Below, in pieces: positions 33,813-44,813 of a stretch of DNA of 64,000 nt. The position numbers and the translations under genes were made by a program. The first letter of the stretch is position 1; each line of letters starts with the position of its first letter. The notes below the pieces were generated by a model. The model was given only the letters and a program-made list of their open reading frames with translations. It did not search any database and had not been told where the DNA came from. Location: NCBI GenBank assembly GCA_034439575.1, contig JAWXAQ010000033.1, positions 224,001-288,000 of the forward strand. The letters run 5' to 3'. This stretch comes from Leptospira sp. Its GTDB lineage: Bacteria; Spirochaetota; Leptospiria; Leptospirales; Leptospiraceae.

Positions 33813-34322
33813 TTAAATTTTGTTTTCGCAAGTTTTTACCCAAGGGGCGTAATAGGGATCGCTCGCAAGTGGACTCAATTCCAAGGTTTTCAGATAATCT
33901 TTCTGTTTGGTGGTTTTTGTCAAACAAAGGTAACTCGATTCAAAAAAATCGAGGACTAACTTATTGCCCTGAAATCTGATTTCTTCCAAGATTTGTAAGG
34001 CTTCCTTTTCATAACCTGTGGAGAGGTAAAGGCGGAACAGTTCCCTTTTGACCTCGGTATCTTCCTTATGTGCTTGGTAGAATTTTTCTAGATAATAAAT
34101 GGATGTAGCGCGGGCTTTGGGTGATTCAGCAAGTAGAAGGCCCATACGTTTCAAAACAGGTTCATATTCTGGATTTTCGCGGAGTGACAATTCGTAATAG
34201 TAGAGGGCTTTTGTCTTTTCTCCCTTTTCTTCAAATGATTTTCCTTCTTGGAAGAGTTTGATTTCCTTGCCGCCACAATTGGCAACTAACAGGACGCTTA
34301 ACGATAATAGGAAAAGTTTCAT
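33813..34322 (-). CDS. TPR-containing lipoprotein
   Basis: ATG 34322 gives MKLFLLSLSVLLVANC lipoprotein signal; TPR-like helices. Confidence 0.7.
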   Translation of the reverse strand: MKLFLLSLSVLLVANCGGKEIKLFQEGKSFEEKGEKTKALYYYELSLRENPEYEPVLKRMGLLLAESPKARATSIYYLEKFYQAHKEDTEVKRELFRLYLSTGYEKEALQILEEIRFQGNKLVLDFFESSYLCLTKTTKQKDYLKTLELSPLASDPYYAPWVKTCENKI

Positions 34323-34433
34323 TTGAAATATGTCTCTCTGTCCTTTTTTATCTATTAAGGCAATAAGGCAAAAAAAATAATAAGTCTCTTTAGGGTTTTT
34401 GTCCGACTCTTTTAGTAACATAAGAGAGTTACC

Positions 34434-35342
34434 ATGGGTTCCAAATTGCCAAGTTCTCAAAATCATTTACTTCAAACCTTTCAAGAATACCTTTCTGTAG
34501 AGAAAGGCTTAAGCGACAATTCTATCTATTCCTATGGTTATGATCTCAATAAATTTGCGATCTTCCTAGAAAAAGAACATATTAACTTTCTAGAAGTGAA
34601 AACAAATGATATCATGCGTTTTCTCGAGGAAGAGAGAGAACGAAAGATTTCTGCAAAGACCTTAGCCCGTGAGGTTGTTGCAATCCGTCAGTTTTATAAA
34701 TTTCTTCGCGATGAAAAACGATTGGATTCAAATCCAACAGAAAAAATCGAAACTCCGGAAGTTGCGAGAACGATTCCTGATTATTTAACCCAAACTGAAA
34801 TAGATGAATTATTCATCACGATTAAAGAAGATAACCTTTATGAATTAAGAGACAAATGTATTTTTGAACTTTTATATTCATCGGGATTGCGTATTTCTGA
34901 AGCTTGCAATTTAAAGATTGGCGATGTGGATATGGAAAATATGGCAATCACCGTGGAAGGAAAAGGGGGAAGACAACGTCTTGTTCCGTTTGGTGAAAAG
35001 TCCCTCGACATACTTAAAAAATACATGGCAGAGAGTCGTCCTGAAATTTTGAAAAAGCGAGTATGTGAATTTGTTTTTGTTTCTAAGAAAGGTTCGTATA
35101 TCAACCGCAAGTCGGTATGGCGCCTTCTCAATCATTATATAAAAAGAACAAAAATCAAAAAGAAAGTCACTCCACACACACTCAGACACTCTTTTGCGAC
35201 TCACTTATTGGAAAATCATGCAGACCTTAAATCGGTTCAGGAACTTCTTGGCCATATCGATATCTCGACCACTCAGATATATACACATATGGCAAATAAA
35301 ACTTTGAAAGAAGTGCATAAGAAGTTTCATCCGAGAGGATAA
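34434..35342 (+). CDS. xerD: Site-specific tyrosine recombinase XerD
   Basis: LYSSGLRISE, GKGGRQR, TPHTLRHSFATHLL, LLGH, TTQIYTH catalytic residues. Confidence 0.92.
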   Translation: MGSKLPSSQNHLLQTFQEYLSVEKGLSDNSIYSYGYDLNKFAIFLEKEHINFLEVKTNDIMRFLEEERERKISAKTLAREVVAIRQFYKFLRDEKRLDSNPTEKIETPEVARTIPDYLTQTEIDELFITIKEDNLYELRDKCIFELLYSSGLRISEACNLKIGDVDMENMAITVEGKGGRQRLVPFGEKSLDILKKYMAESRPEILKKRVCEFVFVSKKGSYINRKSVWRLLNHYIKRTKIKKKVTPHTLRHSFATHLLENHADLKSVQELLGHIDISTTQIYTHMANKTLKEVHKKFHPRG

Positions 35343-35776
35343 TGTCTCAGACAAAATTCAAAAAAGCGGACTATGGAAAAATAGTCCGTATGCAGATTCC
35401 ATCTCACCCTCGTTATATCTCCTCCACAAGAAATTATTTTTTCCACTTAGCACTTGAAAATGGATTTACCTTATTTGAAGCAGTTGATTTAAAACTGATT
35501 CTTGGCGAAGCTATTACCAATGTCATCAAACATGCGTATGAAGGTAAAAATGATAAGCCAATTTTTCTGGATTTCTTTTTTGAAAGAGACCGAATCGAAA
35601 TACGTATCCGAGATTATGGGGTGAAAACAAAGCCTCGTGACTTAAAAAGTTTTGATCTAAGTGATTATCGTGAAAACGGAATCGGGCTTTTTATGATCAA
35701 ACAACTCACCGATTATTATTATCTAGATCAATCCTTCGAAGTAGGAAATCAAATGATCATGGTGAAAAAAAAGTAA
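35342..35776 (+). CDS. RsbW-like anti-sigma factor / Ser-Thr kinase (GHKL ATPase)
   Basis: EAITNVIKHAY, IRDYG, GIGLFMIKQLTD; TAATG overlap with xerD. Confidence 0.9.
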   Translation: MSQTKFKKADYGKIVRMQIPSHPRYISSTRNYFFHLALENGFTLFEAVDLKLILGEAITNVIKHAYEGKNDKPIFLDFFFERDRIEIRIRDYGVKTKPRDLKSFDLSDYRENGIGLFMIKQLTDYYYLDQSFEVGNQMIMVKKK

Positions 35777-35788
35777 ATCGAAACTTAG

Positions 35789-36799
35789 TTAATTTTTCAA
35801 AAACAATTGTATAGACTCAAATAGTTGTGTTTTACCTGGCTCTTCATAGGGCAGATGACCAGCTCCATCAAGAATGAGCATTCTTTTTGGTGTTCTTATT
35901 TTGTTAAAAAAAGTTTCACTTAAACTAACTGGTGTCCAAGGGTCAGATCCAGGATGTGCTAATAGAATAGGACAAATAGTAAAATCCTCAACTTCGATCT
36001 TTGGCTTATAATACATATAGGAATTTAAAAATCCCAAACTTACTTTTGAACCACCAGCATACGGATCATTTGCAAACACATAAGAAAAGGATGGATCATT
36101 CGTTATCAATTCCATTTTGGTAAACCACTTGATTGGAAAATTTAAGCTAGATGTGAAAAAGGAAAATAATTGATTCATAGGGATGCCAAAGCGACTTAGA
36201 AATAAATTGCTAGCAATCGCATCACGCACCTCGCTTTTTCTGGGATCTATTAGAGTTGTCGCGATAACTCCATCCACCTTGCCATTGTAAGCGGCAATAT
36301 GATATGCTAGCATTCCGCCCATACTAAGTCCAAATAAATATATTTTTGTATTTTGAACTCTTTCTTTATCGATCAATTCACTGATCACATTGACCCAATC
36401 TTCGTATAGCGTCGGTTTATCGGAATTCGGAATGCTTAGGCCAAATCCTAGCAAATCAGGTGCGATGATTTCACAGTTTAATTTTTGTAAACCAATTGCT
36501 AAATTGCCGAGAACCCTACCGTTCCCACCACCTCCATGAAGGAGAATCATTTTGCATTGTGAATTTGGTAGAATCGACTTGTACCTGTCGAGGTGGATTT
36601 TGTGACCAAGAATTTCCCAATATTCTTCCTTGGGGAGATTATTGGAAGTGAATCGCAAGTCTTCTGGATAAAAATGTTGATAACGATACCAATAATTGTT
36701 TTTTACATAGGATTCGCCACGATTTGTAAGAGTAGCTTTGCATTGCAGAATCAATAGAGTGGATACAATTAATGCCCATTGAAATATATTTATTTTCAT
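35789..36799 (-). CDS. Alpha/beta hydrolase (lysophospholipase-like), probable lipoprotein
   Basis: HGGGG, PDLLGFG, GLSMGG nucleophile, D-P-W, GH; LILQC lipobox-like. Confidence 0.88.
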   Translation of the reverse strand: MKINIFQWALIVSTLLILQCKATLTNRGESYVKNNYWYRYQHFYPEDLRFTSNNLPKEEYWEILGHKIHLDRYKSILPNSQCKMILLHGGGGNGRVLGNLAIGLQKLNCEIIAPDLLGFGLSIPNSDKPTLYEDWVNVISELIDKERVQNTKIYLFGLSMGGMLAYHIAAYNGKVDGVIATTLIDPRKSEVRDAIASNLFLSRFGIPMNQLFSFFTSSLNFPIKWFTKMELITNDPSFSYVFANDPYAGGSKVSLGFLNSYMYYKPKIEVEDFTICPILLAHPGSDPWTPVSLSETFFNKIRTPKRMLILDGAGHLPYEEPGKTQLFESIQLFLKN

Positions 36800-36863
36800 A
36801 ATTTATTCCTGCATTGAAGGATTCTCTTTGTCAAAAGAATATAGCAAAAAGGTTGTTTGAAAT

Positions 36864-36881
36864 ATTTTACAGGTGTAAAAT
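36864..36881. promoter_or_regulatory. Palindromic candidate TetR operator
   Basis: ATTTTACA-GG-TGTAAAAT perfect inverted repeat, 3 nt upstream of the tetR ATG, overlapping a TTGTTT-N17-TAAAAT promoter-like sequence. Confidence 0.65.
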
Positions 36882-36884
36882 TTT

Positions 36885-37457
36885 ATGAGTAAAAAATTAG
36901 AAAAAAATTATGAATTATTGATCCATAGTTTTTTAAATCAATTGGAATCAACAGCTTACGACAAGATTACGATTGAGCAAGTATCAAGTGCTTCAAATAT
37001 GACTCGCGTTAACTTTTATCAGTATTTTACAGATAAGGAAGATTTACTGTGGAAATCATTTCAGTCTATATACTTAGATGTTCAAAAAAAAGCCGAATCC
37101 TTAGACCATGTAACATTTTTGTCGGATGGAAGACCACTTACATATTATGCATTTTTGAATATCAAAGAAAATAGAAAATTCTATAAACGTTTGTTTGTCG
37201 ATGGTATGCCTTATGAATTTTTTACGAAAGTTGTTGATTTTATTACAAATGAGTCTTTTCGAACCCATAAAGTAATCCGTGAAAAATATAATTATCCGCG
37301 GCTTCCTTATCTATTTGTAAATCAATTTTTCAGTGGAGCCTTCATTAATATAGTTCGAAATTTACTCGTCAGCGAAGAAGATTGGGATCCTTTAGAAATT
37401 TCTGAATTCTTTACAAAAATAGCTTTGAATGGAATTAATGGGATTATAGAAATATAA
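36885..37457 (+). CDS. TetR/AcrR family transcriptional regulator
   Basis: ITIEQVSSASNMTRVNFYQYFTDKEDL HTH. Confidence 0.92.
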   Translation: MSKKLEKNYELLIHSFLNQLESTAYDKITIEQVSSASNMTRVNFYQYFTDKEDLLWKSFQSIYLDVQKKAESLDHVTFLSDGRPLTYYAFLNIKENRKFYKRLFVDGMPYEFFTKVVDFITNESFRTHKVIREKYNYPRLPYLFVNQFFSGAFINIVRNLLVSEEDWDPLEISEFFTKIALNGINGIIEI

Positions 37458-37550
37458 ATAAAAAAATCGATCATATAAGATTAATATTTTAATCGTATTT
37501 TTTATGAATGATTGTTTCGTCTTATCCGAATTTTATATATTCTTTCAATT

Positions 37551-37772
37551 ATGATTCTTATCGTTCATGCCAAGCCAAACTCCAAAAAACCCGGTATCCA
37601 AAAGGTGAGTGAATCGGAATGGATAGTACGCATCCAGGCTCCTGCTGTCGATGGTAAGGCAAACGCGGAACTCATTGAAAGAATTGCATTAGAGTTTAAT
37701 GTCGCAAAATCCAATGTGGAAATTTTAAAGGGCGGATTGGGAAAAAAAAAGAAAGTCCAAGTTCATCTTTAG
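37551..37772 (+). CDS. DUF167 (YggU-like) protein
   Basis: [21 protein letters not shown] motifs; ATG 37551 preferred. Confidence 0.88.
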   Translation: MILIVHAKPNSKKPGIQKVSESEWIVRIQAPAVDGKANAELIERIALEFNVAKSNVEILKGGLGKKKKVQVHL

Positions 37773-37830
37773 ATTTCAATTTCAAATCCATTTTCCTCGA
37801 CAACAACTCATCGACTGTAATCATATCCTT

Positions 37831-38364
37831 ATGGAAGCAATTCACGCTACGACGATTCTCTGTGTTAGAAAAGATGGAAAAACTGCGATAGGTGGAGACG
37901 GTCAAGTTTCCATGGGACAGACGGTGATGAAACATACAGCGAGAAAAGTCAGACGCTTGTATGGTGGTAAAGTGATAGCAGGTTTTGCCGGTTCAGCGGC
38001 GGATGCATTTACATTATTCGAACTATTTGAAAAAAAATTAAATGAACATAGTGGATCTGTTTCTAGAGCTGCTGTTGAATTAGCAAGGGAATGGCGAATG
38101 GATAGAATGTTACGCCGATTGGAAGCACTTTTGATCGTATGTGACGTAGCGGATTGTTATTTAATCTCAGGAACAGGGGACGTCATTTCACCAGATGATG
38201 GAGTGCTTGCGATTGGTTCTGGCGGAAATTATGCCTTGAGTGCGGCAAGAGCTCTTGTTGAAAACACTTCGATGACTCCAAAAGAAATTGTTACTAAAGC
38301 AATGAAAATAACCGCAGATATATGTATCTATACTAATCACAATTTGGTGATCGAGGAATTATAA
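37831..38364 (+). CDS. hslV: ATP-dependent protease peptidase subunit HslV
   Basis: TTIL N-terminal nucleophile, GDGQVS, GFAGS, AIGSGG, ICIYTN. Confidence 0.97.
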   Translation: MEAIHATTILCVRKDGKTAIGGDGQVSMGQTVMKHTARKVRRLYGGKVIAGFAGSAADAFTLFELFEKKLNEHSGSVSRAAVELAREWRMDRMLRRLEALLIVCDVADCYLISGTGDVISPDDGVLAIGSGGNYALSAARALVENTSMTPKEIVTKAMKITADICIYTNHNLVIEEL

Positions 38365-38369
38365 ATTTT

Positions 38370-39797
38370 ATGGAAATCAAAGAAGTTTTGGCGGAAGCTG
38401 TTAGTGAAGAAAAAGATTTTTTAGAGCTTGAAGAGCTCACTCCGAAAGAAATCGTGATGCGCCTCGATGAATACATTGTTGGACAAAAAAATGCAAAAAA
38501 AGCAGTGGCAGTGGCACTTCGAAATCGCACACGTCGTAGAAAACTTCCCGAAGAAATGCGTGAAGAAATATACCCAAAAAATATCATTATGATAGGGCCA
38601 ACGGGCGTCGGTAAAACTGAAATTGCCCGCCGATTATCAAAGTTATGTGGTGCACCATTTCTAAAAGTAGAGGCCACCAAATACACAGAAGTTGGTTATG
38701 TGGGAAGAGACGTTGAATCTATGGTGAGAGATTTGGCCACTATTTCATTGAATTTAGTTAAAGCTGAATTTCGTGAAAGAGTAAAAGAAAAGGCACAACA
38801 TCGTGCCGAAGAAGTCATACTTGATATCATTCTTCCTCCGATTTTTTCCAAAAAAGAAGAAGAATTAAATTTAGAGGAAAGAGAAAGATTCCAAAGTTAT
38901 AAAGAATCGCGTGAAAAATTTAGAGATAAATTACGTGAAGGAAAACTGGATAACCAAGAAATAGAAATCGATATCCCTAAACCTAGTGCTCCTACCGGAA
39001 TGCCCATGTTACAAGTGTTTGGTGCTGGAAATATGGAAGAGATGGACAATCAAATTCAGAATTTACTTGGTGATTTAATGCCGAAAAAACAAGGCAAAAG
39101 AAAAGTAAAAATAATCGATGCTAAAAAGTTAGCTATCGAAAGTGAATCTGAAAAACTAATTGATAATGAAAAGATCCAAGCTGAGGCTGTTAGGCGAGCA
39201 GAAAATATGGGAATTATATTCCTAGATGAAATTGATAAGATAGCTGGCCGCGAAGGAAGGCAAGGTGCGGATGTTTCGAGAGAAGGAGTCCAAAGGGATC
39301 TATTGCCGATTGTGGAAGGCTCAACTGTATCAACAAAAATTGGTCCATTAAAAACAGATCATATACTTTTTATCGCGGCGGGTGCCTTTCATATGTCAAA
39401 GCCATCTGATTTGATACCAGAATTACAAGGTAGATTTCCAATTCGTGTGGAACTAGAAACATTAACACGAGAAGATTTTGTAAAAATACTTTCTACACCG
39501 AAATCATCACTCACCAAACAGTATGAAGCTCTTCTTGCCACAGAAGGAGTTACTTTAAATTTTTTGACGGATGGCATAGACGAAATTGCAAATCTTGCTT
39601 TCGAAATGAATGAAAAAAATGAAAATATAGGTGCCAGACGATTGAATACAATTATGGAAAAGTTGTTAGAAGATACAAGTTTTGATGCGCCAGATCTTCC
39701 CGAAGACAAAAGAAAAATAGAAATTGGAAGAGATTTTGTACAAGGAAAATTGAAAGGGATTATTGAAGATAAAGATCTCAGCCGATTTATTTTATAA
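38370..39797 (+). CDS. hslU: ATP-dependent protease ATPase subunit HslU
   Basis: [38 protein letters not shown]-terminus. Confidence 0.98.
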   Translation: MEIKEVLAEAVSEEKDFLELEELTPKEIVMRLDEYIVGQKNAKKAVAVALRNRTRRRKLPEEMREEIYPKNIIMIGPTGVGKTEIARRLSKLCGAPFLKVEATKYTEVGYVGRDVESMVRDLATISLNLVKAEFRERVKEKAQHRAEEVILDIILPPIFSKKEEELNLEERERFQSYKESREKFRDKLREGKLDNQEIEIDIPKPSAPTGMPMLQVFGAGNMEEMDNQIQNLLGDLMPKKQGKRKVKIIDAKKLAIESESEKLIDNEKIQAEAVRRAENMGIIFLDEIDKIAGREGRQGADVSREGVQRDLLPIVEGSTVSTKIGPLKTDHILFIAAGAFHMSKPSDLIPELQGRFPIRVELETLTREDFVKILSTPKSSLTKQYEALLATEGVTLNFLTDGIDEIANLAFEMNEKNENIGARRLNTIMEKLLEDTSFDAPDLPEDKRKIEIGRDFVQGKLKGIIEDKDLSRFIL

Positions 39798-41528
39798 TTC
39801 GATCAGGTTTACCCTTTCTAGCCCTCGCAGTGAATTGCCCACTAAAATCATATCGCAGTGGGCCAATTCGTTTATGTTTATATTTTTTTCTCTGAGCCAT
39901 CTTTTATCTAAGAGTTTTTGCCTGAGTGTCCCAGGCAAACCTCCCTTAGTAAGAGTCGGTGTGTACCAATTGTCCTTTATCTTATAAAAAATATTTCTAA
40001 AACAAGTTTCAGAAATATTTCCATCTGCATCACAGAGAATCATATCTTCAAATCCTTCTTTTGATCCCAAGGTTAAGATATTTGTATAAAAATCTCTAAT
40101 CGTTGTTTTGTGGTAAAGGAATGGATTGGATAATTCCAAACTTTGATTTGCAATTCCTAGATTTACTTTTCTATTTTTTCCCGTTCGAGTGAAATCATAA
40201 GACTCTGCACGGAAATCGCCTTTTGCATTGAGAAGCAATCGTATGCGTAGTAAGCCAGATGCGACATTTGCAATAGAATCCAATGTTTCCAGTGCCTTAT
40301 GTCTATCAAAAGGGTATAAAAATCTTTCACTGGATTTTTCCATACGATCCAAATGATAATTTAAAAATGAATACCTTCCAGAGTAAAAGCGAATTGTTTC
40401 TAAAATTTCAAAATCAGGAATATCGGGGCTATTTAAAAATGCCAGTTTTGATAAACATTCCTCATATTCTTGTTCGGGCTTAGCTAAAATTGTGATACCA
40501 CTTCCTACCGCATAATATCCGTTTAATGAATTGGAGGATTCTGATAAGCATAAAGTTCGGATGGCAACATTTGCCTTTGATATAATTTTACCTTCCTGTT
40601 TTTCATACGTCATTATCGAGCCTGTATAAATTCCTCTATTTCTTTTTTCAAGTGTATGTAATATCTCCATAGAACTTATCTTAGGCGCACCTGTGACTGA
40701 ACCCGAGGGAAATAGATTCTTGATTAAGTCATTTAAAATTATATTTGGTTTTAATTTTGCAGATATTTCGGAAGTCATTTGCCATATAGAATCCAAAGCT
40801 TCTGTATGAAAAAGATTTTGAACCTTTACCGAACCGATTTCAGAAATTTTACCTAAATCATTCCTAAATAAATCTGTAATCATGACATTTTCTGCTTTCT
40901 CTTTTTCCGATGACATCAAACTTTCTTTGGCCTTGGTATCATCATAGAAAGAAATGCCACGTTTGATTGTGCCTTTCATGGGTTTTGTTTTAATCTGGGG
41001 ATCATCAATTTCCCAAAATATTTCTGGAGATAAAGAAAGTACAAATCCATTTTCGAAATAAAAGTAACTCGAACACTTGGTTTTTTGTTTTCGTTTTAAC
41101 TTTTGATAAAGTAAAAAAGGATTTCCCTCGGCTTCAATTAAGGCTTCAAAGGTAAAGTTCAATTCATAACTCATTCCTTCTTTCAGATTATTTTGGCAAA
41201 TATCTATTTTGTTTAAATATTCTGCCTTAGAAATCTTAGGCAAACAAACATTGATTTTAGCATCATTTAAGTCTTGTAAGTTGGGTGGAGAATATACAAT
41301 GTTATCTTTATTTTTAAAAACAAAAAAAACACAGAGTTTTGTTCCTTCTTTGATCTCACTAAGAATTTTTCTATGGGAATCTTCGAGTAAAAAGCCTAGT
41401 TCATAATACAAACAACCAAAAATATAATAACCCTTATCTGCATATTCTTCTATTTGATTGAGAGCTGATAAATAATTGTCTTTAGTTTGAAGATAGTCTA
41501 GAGTATTTGTGACTTCTAACTTTGTCAC
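39792..41528 (-). CDS. pabB: Aminodeoxychorismate synthase component I fused to class IV aminotransferase (PabB/PabC); frame extends to ~41651
   Basis: [36 protein letters not shown]-terminal ETIR, YHKTT, GLPGT lyase-like domain. Confidence 0.88.
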   Translation of the reverse strand: MTKLEVTNTLDYLQTKDNYLSALNQIEEYADKGYYIFGCLYYELGFLLEDSHRKILSEIKEGTKLCVFFVFKNKDNIVYSPPNLQDLNDAKINVCLPKISKAEYLNKIDICQNNLKEGMSYELNFTFEALIEAEGNPFLLYQKLKRKQKTKCSSYFYFENGFVLSLSPEIFWEIDDPQIKTKPMKGTIKRGISFYDDTKAKESLMSSEKEKAENVMITDLFRNDLGKISEIGSVKVQNLFHTEALDSIWQMTSEISAKLKPNIILNDLIKNLFPSGSVTGAPKISSMEILHTLEKRNRGIYTGSIMTYEKQEGKIISKANVAIRTLCLSESSNSLNGYYAVGSGITILAKPEQEYEECLSKLAFLNSPDIPDFEILETIRFYSGRYSFLNYHLDRMEKSSERFLYPFDRHKALETLDSIANVASGLLRIRLLLNAKGDFRAESYDFTRTGKNRKVNLGIANQSLELSNPFLYHKTTIRDFYTNILTLGSKEGFEDMILCDADGNISETCFRNIFYKIKDNWYTPTLTKGGLPGTLRQKLLDKRWLREKNININELAHCDMILVGNSLRGLERVNLIEL

Positions 41529-41650
41529 TAAATCATAAAACCATTGGCCTTCTGTTAATCCGGAACGAGACAGCGTATCTTCAAAGAGAAAACCCTTTTT
41601 TTGTGTATAAAGGGCATAAAATTCAGACCATGAGTAAAATTTTTCCGTGA

Positions 41651-42487
41651 TTAATAATCCATTTTACGAAGTGCATCTAAAGGATAACTCAAATATACGC
41701 TAGTTGCATGTTTACTTGTTTGTATATCAAAGCATTCAAGAGGGTCAAGCCCCAAATTATAATAACCTTCATCTATCATGGCAATTCCAAAACCTGCGCT
41801 TTCTTTTTCATCCAAAAAGTCAGGCCTGAAAAATTCACCGGATTTTCCTTCCCGTGCCAGTTCGGCATGTCGCTCACGACTTTTACGAATTCGAGTTAAA
41901 TCCATACCCATGATCGGAGAATCATTTCGTAATCGAATATAAAGTTCTTTATCTCTGATTTCTATTTTGAGTGAAATTTTTAAATTTGAAGCTTTGGTTT
42001 TTTGGCGAACTGCATCTAGAAAATCCAATTCCTCTTGGGTGAGACTTTCTTTTTTAGAACGATTTTTATTGGATAAGGTGAGAATCTTTTGTACCGTCTT
42101 CTTTATTTTTTCAGGAACAATATATCTCTGCATAGCATCACGCAAAGGTTCAGTTTCTAGTATAACATCGAGTAGGTCTTCTGCTTCGGATTCTACCTTA
42201 GTACCAGCCGTTTTTAATTTGGAAAGAAGCTCATCTTTAAAAATCACAAAACGAGCGTTTGCCTTTACTGCATTCAGTAGCGCTTCCATAAGTCCACTGA
42301 AGAGATGGAAAGAGGTAAGTGGATTCGCACCCACTTTATCCAGGATTCCTTGGACTGTTTCGTTGATGATGTCCCGAGTCGACTTAGTGAGACCTTTCAA
42401 TTCGAAGTGAAAGGAATTCTTTTGAAGGATGCTATCAAGATTTTGTAAAATTTCCTGACCTTTGTATTTGATTTTGTCGTTTCCCAT
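41651..42487 (-). CDS. Hypothetical protein with GHKL (histidine kinase-like) ATPase boxes
   Basis: EALLNAVKA (N box-like), IRLRND (G1-like), SAGFGIAMI (G2-like); ATG 42487 preferred. Confidence 0.6.
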   Translation of the reverse strand: MGNDKIKYKGQEILQNLDSILQKNSFHFELKGLTKSTRDIINETVQGILDKVGANPLTSFHLFSGLMEALLNAVKANARFVIFKDELLSKLKTAGTKVESEAEDLLDVILETEPLRDAMQRYIVPEKIKKTVQKILTLSNKNRSKKESLTQEELDFLDAVRQKTKASNLKISLKIEIRDKELYIRLRNDSPIMGMDLTRIRKSRERHAELAREGKSGEFFRPDFLDEKESAGFGIAMIDEGYYNLGLDPLECFDIQTSKHATSVYLSYPLDALRKMDY

Positions 42488-42571
42488 TGAGTGATTCAGA
42501 ACTTTTATGTTAAAAAACTGTGCAAAGTCAGTTTTGTAAACCAGTTTTCCAAAAGAGATCTCAGAGGCAAC

Positions 42572-42820
42572 ATGGAACAAAAAGAATTCTATCTTAGGAC
42601 ACCAGATTTAGGAGATACGGAAAAAATTGAGCTCATCCGATGGAGTTTTATCCCTGGAGATACGATTCATGAAGGAGATGAAGTGATTGAGCTTGTGACT
42701 GATAAAGCTGCATTTCCCGTTGAATCGCCTTTTAATGGTATACTAAAAGAAATACGTGTCCCTGCAGGTTCACAAGTCTTGAAAGGAGATATATTAGGAG
42801 TGCTTGAAATTACAGAATGA
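42572..42820 (+). CDS. Stand-alone lipoyl/biotinyl-attachment domain protein
   Basis: GDTIHEGDEVIELVTDKAAFPVESPFNG; ATG 42572 with GAGG upstream. Confidence 0.85.
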   Translation: MEQKEFYLRTPDLGDTEKIELIRWSFIPGDTIHEGDEVIELVTDKAAFPVESPFNGILKEIRVPAGSQVLKGDILGVLEITE

Positions 42821-43692
42821 AAATCATTCATATTTCCGATTTACACTTTCCAACTCAGATTCCTATTTTTAAACTCCGAGGAAAATCTATCATAGGATAC
42901 GCTAACTATTTTCTAAGACGTAGAAAAAAACATGCCCTCGGTCTCATTCATTCCTTAATTTCAGAAATTAGTAATATGGAATATGATGTCCTTATCATAT
43001 CTGGTGATTTGACAAACGTTGCAGTGGAAGAAGAATTTAAATCAGCAAAAGAATGGTTACTTCCCATACTTGACGATAGAACTTTTATCATTCCCGGCAA
43101 TCACGATCGTTATAAAAAAGAATCCATACACCCAGAGCCTCTATTTGAAAAATACTTTGAACCATACATTGGCGAATCATTGTCCGAAAAATTTTATCTA
43201 CGCAGGAAAATCATTTCAGGTAAAACTTTGATAGGATGGGATTCCAACAAACCTCTACCAATTGCAAAAGCGAATGGTTTTATTCCTGAAGAAGTTGTGG
43301 TCGAAACACAAAAAATAACAGGTGATGAATACATATTAGTGTGTCATCATCCGATTTGGAATCCTGGCCATTATGTTGAATCTAACGGACATAAGATGGT
43401 GAATCGAAAACAAATCACTACTCTTATCAATAAAAAACCACCGATACTATATTTTCATGGCCATTCTCATTCCAATTGGATCAAAAAACCTGGCATACAA
43501 ATTCCCTACCATGTGATCAATTCAGCATCGAGTACAAGGCTTGCAGATTTACATCATGCCAGTGGTTTTCACATTGTGGACGTTAGTGAGTCTGGAAATG
43601 TGGATATAAAGCGCATGTCATTTCATATGATTTCAAAGACTTTTACGGAAACAGATCTTCTTATTTATGAAGAAGAATCTGGCCAAATATAG
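42817..43692 (+). CDS. Calcineurin-like metallophosphoesterase
   Basis: SDLH, SGDLT, PGNHD, HHP, HGHSH motifs. Confidence 0.92.
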   Translation: MKIIHISDLHFPTQIPIFKLRGKSIIGYANYFLRRRKKHALGLIHSLISEISNMEYDVLIISGDLTNVAVEEEFKSAKEWLLPILDDRTFIIPGNHDRYKKESIHPEPLFEKYFEPYIGESLSEKFYLRRKIISGKTLIGWDSNKPLPIAKANGFIPEEVVVETQKITGDEYILVCHHPIWNPGHYVESNGHKMVNRKQITTLINKKPPILYFHGHSHSNWIKKPGIQIPYHVINSASSTRLADLHHASGFHIVDVSESGNVDIKRMSFHMISKTFTETDLLIYEEESGQI

Positions 43693-43709
43693 CGAATACA
43701 GGAAATTCA

Positions 43710-44762
43710 ATGTCAAATCAAAAAATCGATTTATCCCTTATCCAAAGACAGTTGATGCAGGTAAAACACCCTGAACTGAAAAAAGATATCGTGAGTCTCG
43801 GCATGGTATCGAAAGTAGAGCCGAATGAAGAAGGCATAGAAATCACTATTAAAACGCCTAATAATGACAGACGTTTGCAGATCGGTTTAGAAGCACAAAC
43901 AAGACAATTGATATCTAAATTAGAAACTGTCGGAAAGGTAAAAATAAAATTCGAAGTTGACCAGGCCATGAAAATGGAAGATGGCAACCACATACCAGGT
44001 GTTAAAAAAGTCATCGCCATTGGGTCTGGAAAAGGTGGCGTCGGAAAATCCACTGTCACGGCTAACATCGCAGCTAGTCTTGTAAAAGCTGGAAAAAAAG
44101 TCGGTATCATGGATGCCGATATTTATGGACCATCTCTTGGAAAAATGTTTGGTGTCAATGGCCGAGTCGCATTAAAATCAGAAGGCGATAAAATTTATCC
44201 TTTGGAAAAACACGGAATCAAATTGATCTCCTTCTCATTTTTAGTCAACGATGACCAACCTGTTGTTTGGCGAGGACCTATGCTCGGCAAAGCCATTGAA
44301 CAATTCTTATACGATGTAGTCTGGGGAGAACTTGATTATTTGCTCATAGATCTTCCTCCAGGAACGGGAGATGTTCAGTTATCTCTTGCCCAATTGGTAG
44401 ATCTTGATGGTGCCGTGATTGTCACAACTCCGCAAGATGTCGCCGTATTGGATGCAGGTAGAGCTGCTGGAATGTTCAAACAAGTTAAGGTTCCCATCCT
44501 TGGAATTGTTGAAAATATGTCAGGCTTTGCTTGTCCCAAGTGTGGTCATGTAACGGATGTTTTTTCCAAAGGTGGCGGGGGCAAATTGGCAACTCAAATC
44601 GGAGTTCCCGAACTTGGTCAGGTGCCTTTAACTGAAGACATTATGAAATCGGGAGATTCGGGTATGCCTGCAGTTTTTGCCGAATCAAAAGGCAATTTAG
44701 TAGAATCTTACGCTAAAATCATTGTAAATTTAGAAGCCCAATTGGCTCTTTTTGCGGATTAA
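43710..44762 (+). CDS. mrp: Mrp/ApbC/NBP35 Fe-S cluster carrier ATPase
   Basis: DUF59-like N-terminus, [39 protein letters not shown]. Confidence 0.93.
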   Translation: MSNQKIDLSLIQRQLMQVKHPELKKDIVSLGMVSKVEPNEEGIEITIKTPNNDRRLQIGLEAQTRQLISKLETVGKVKIKFEVDQAMKMEDGNHIPGVKKVIAIGSGKGGVGKSTVTANIAASLVKAGKKVGIMDADIYGPSLGKMFGVNGRVALKSEGDKIYPLEKHGIKLISFSFLVNDDQPVVWRGPMLGKAIEQFLYDVVWGELDYLLIDLPPGTGDVQLSLAQLVDLDGAVIVTTPQDVAVLDAGRAAGMFKQVKVPILGIVENMSGFACPKCGHVTDVFSKGGGGKLATQIGVPELGQVPLTEDIMKSGDSGMPAVFAESKGNLVESYAKIIVNLEAQLALFAD

Positions 44763-44813
44763 AAATCACTTGTTTCTTCGTAAGTATAGAATAGTCTAAT
44801 CCATGGAAGCATT

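Noticed and set aside
34434-35342. Tyrosine recombinase as a phage/island integrase
   Set aside because: Size and motifs fit housekeeping XerD, it sits near hslVU, and no att repeats or phage genes are nearby.
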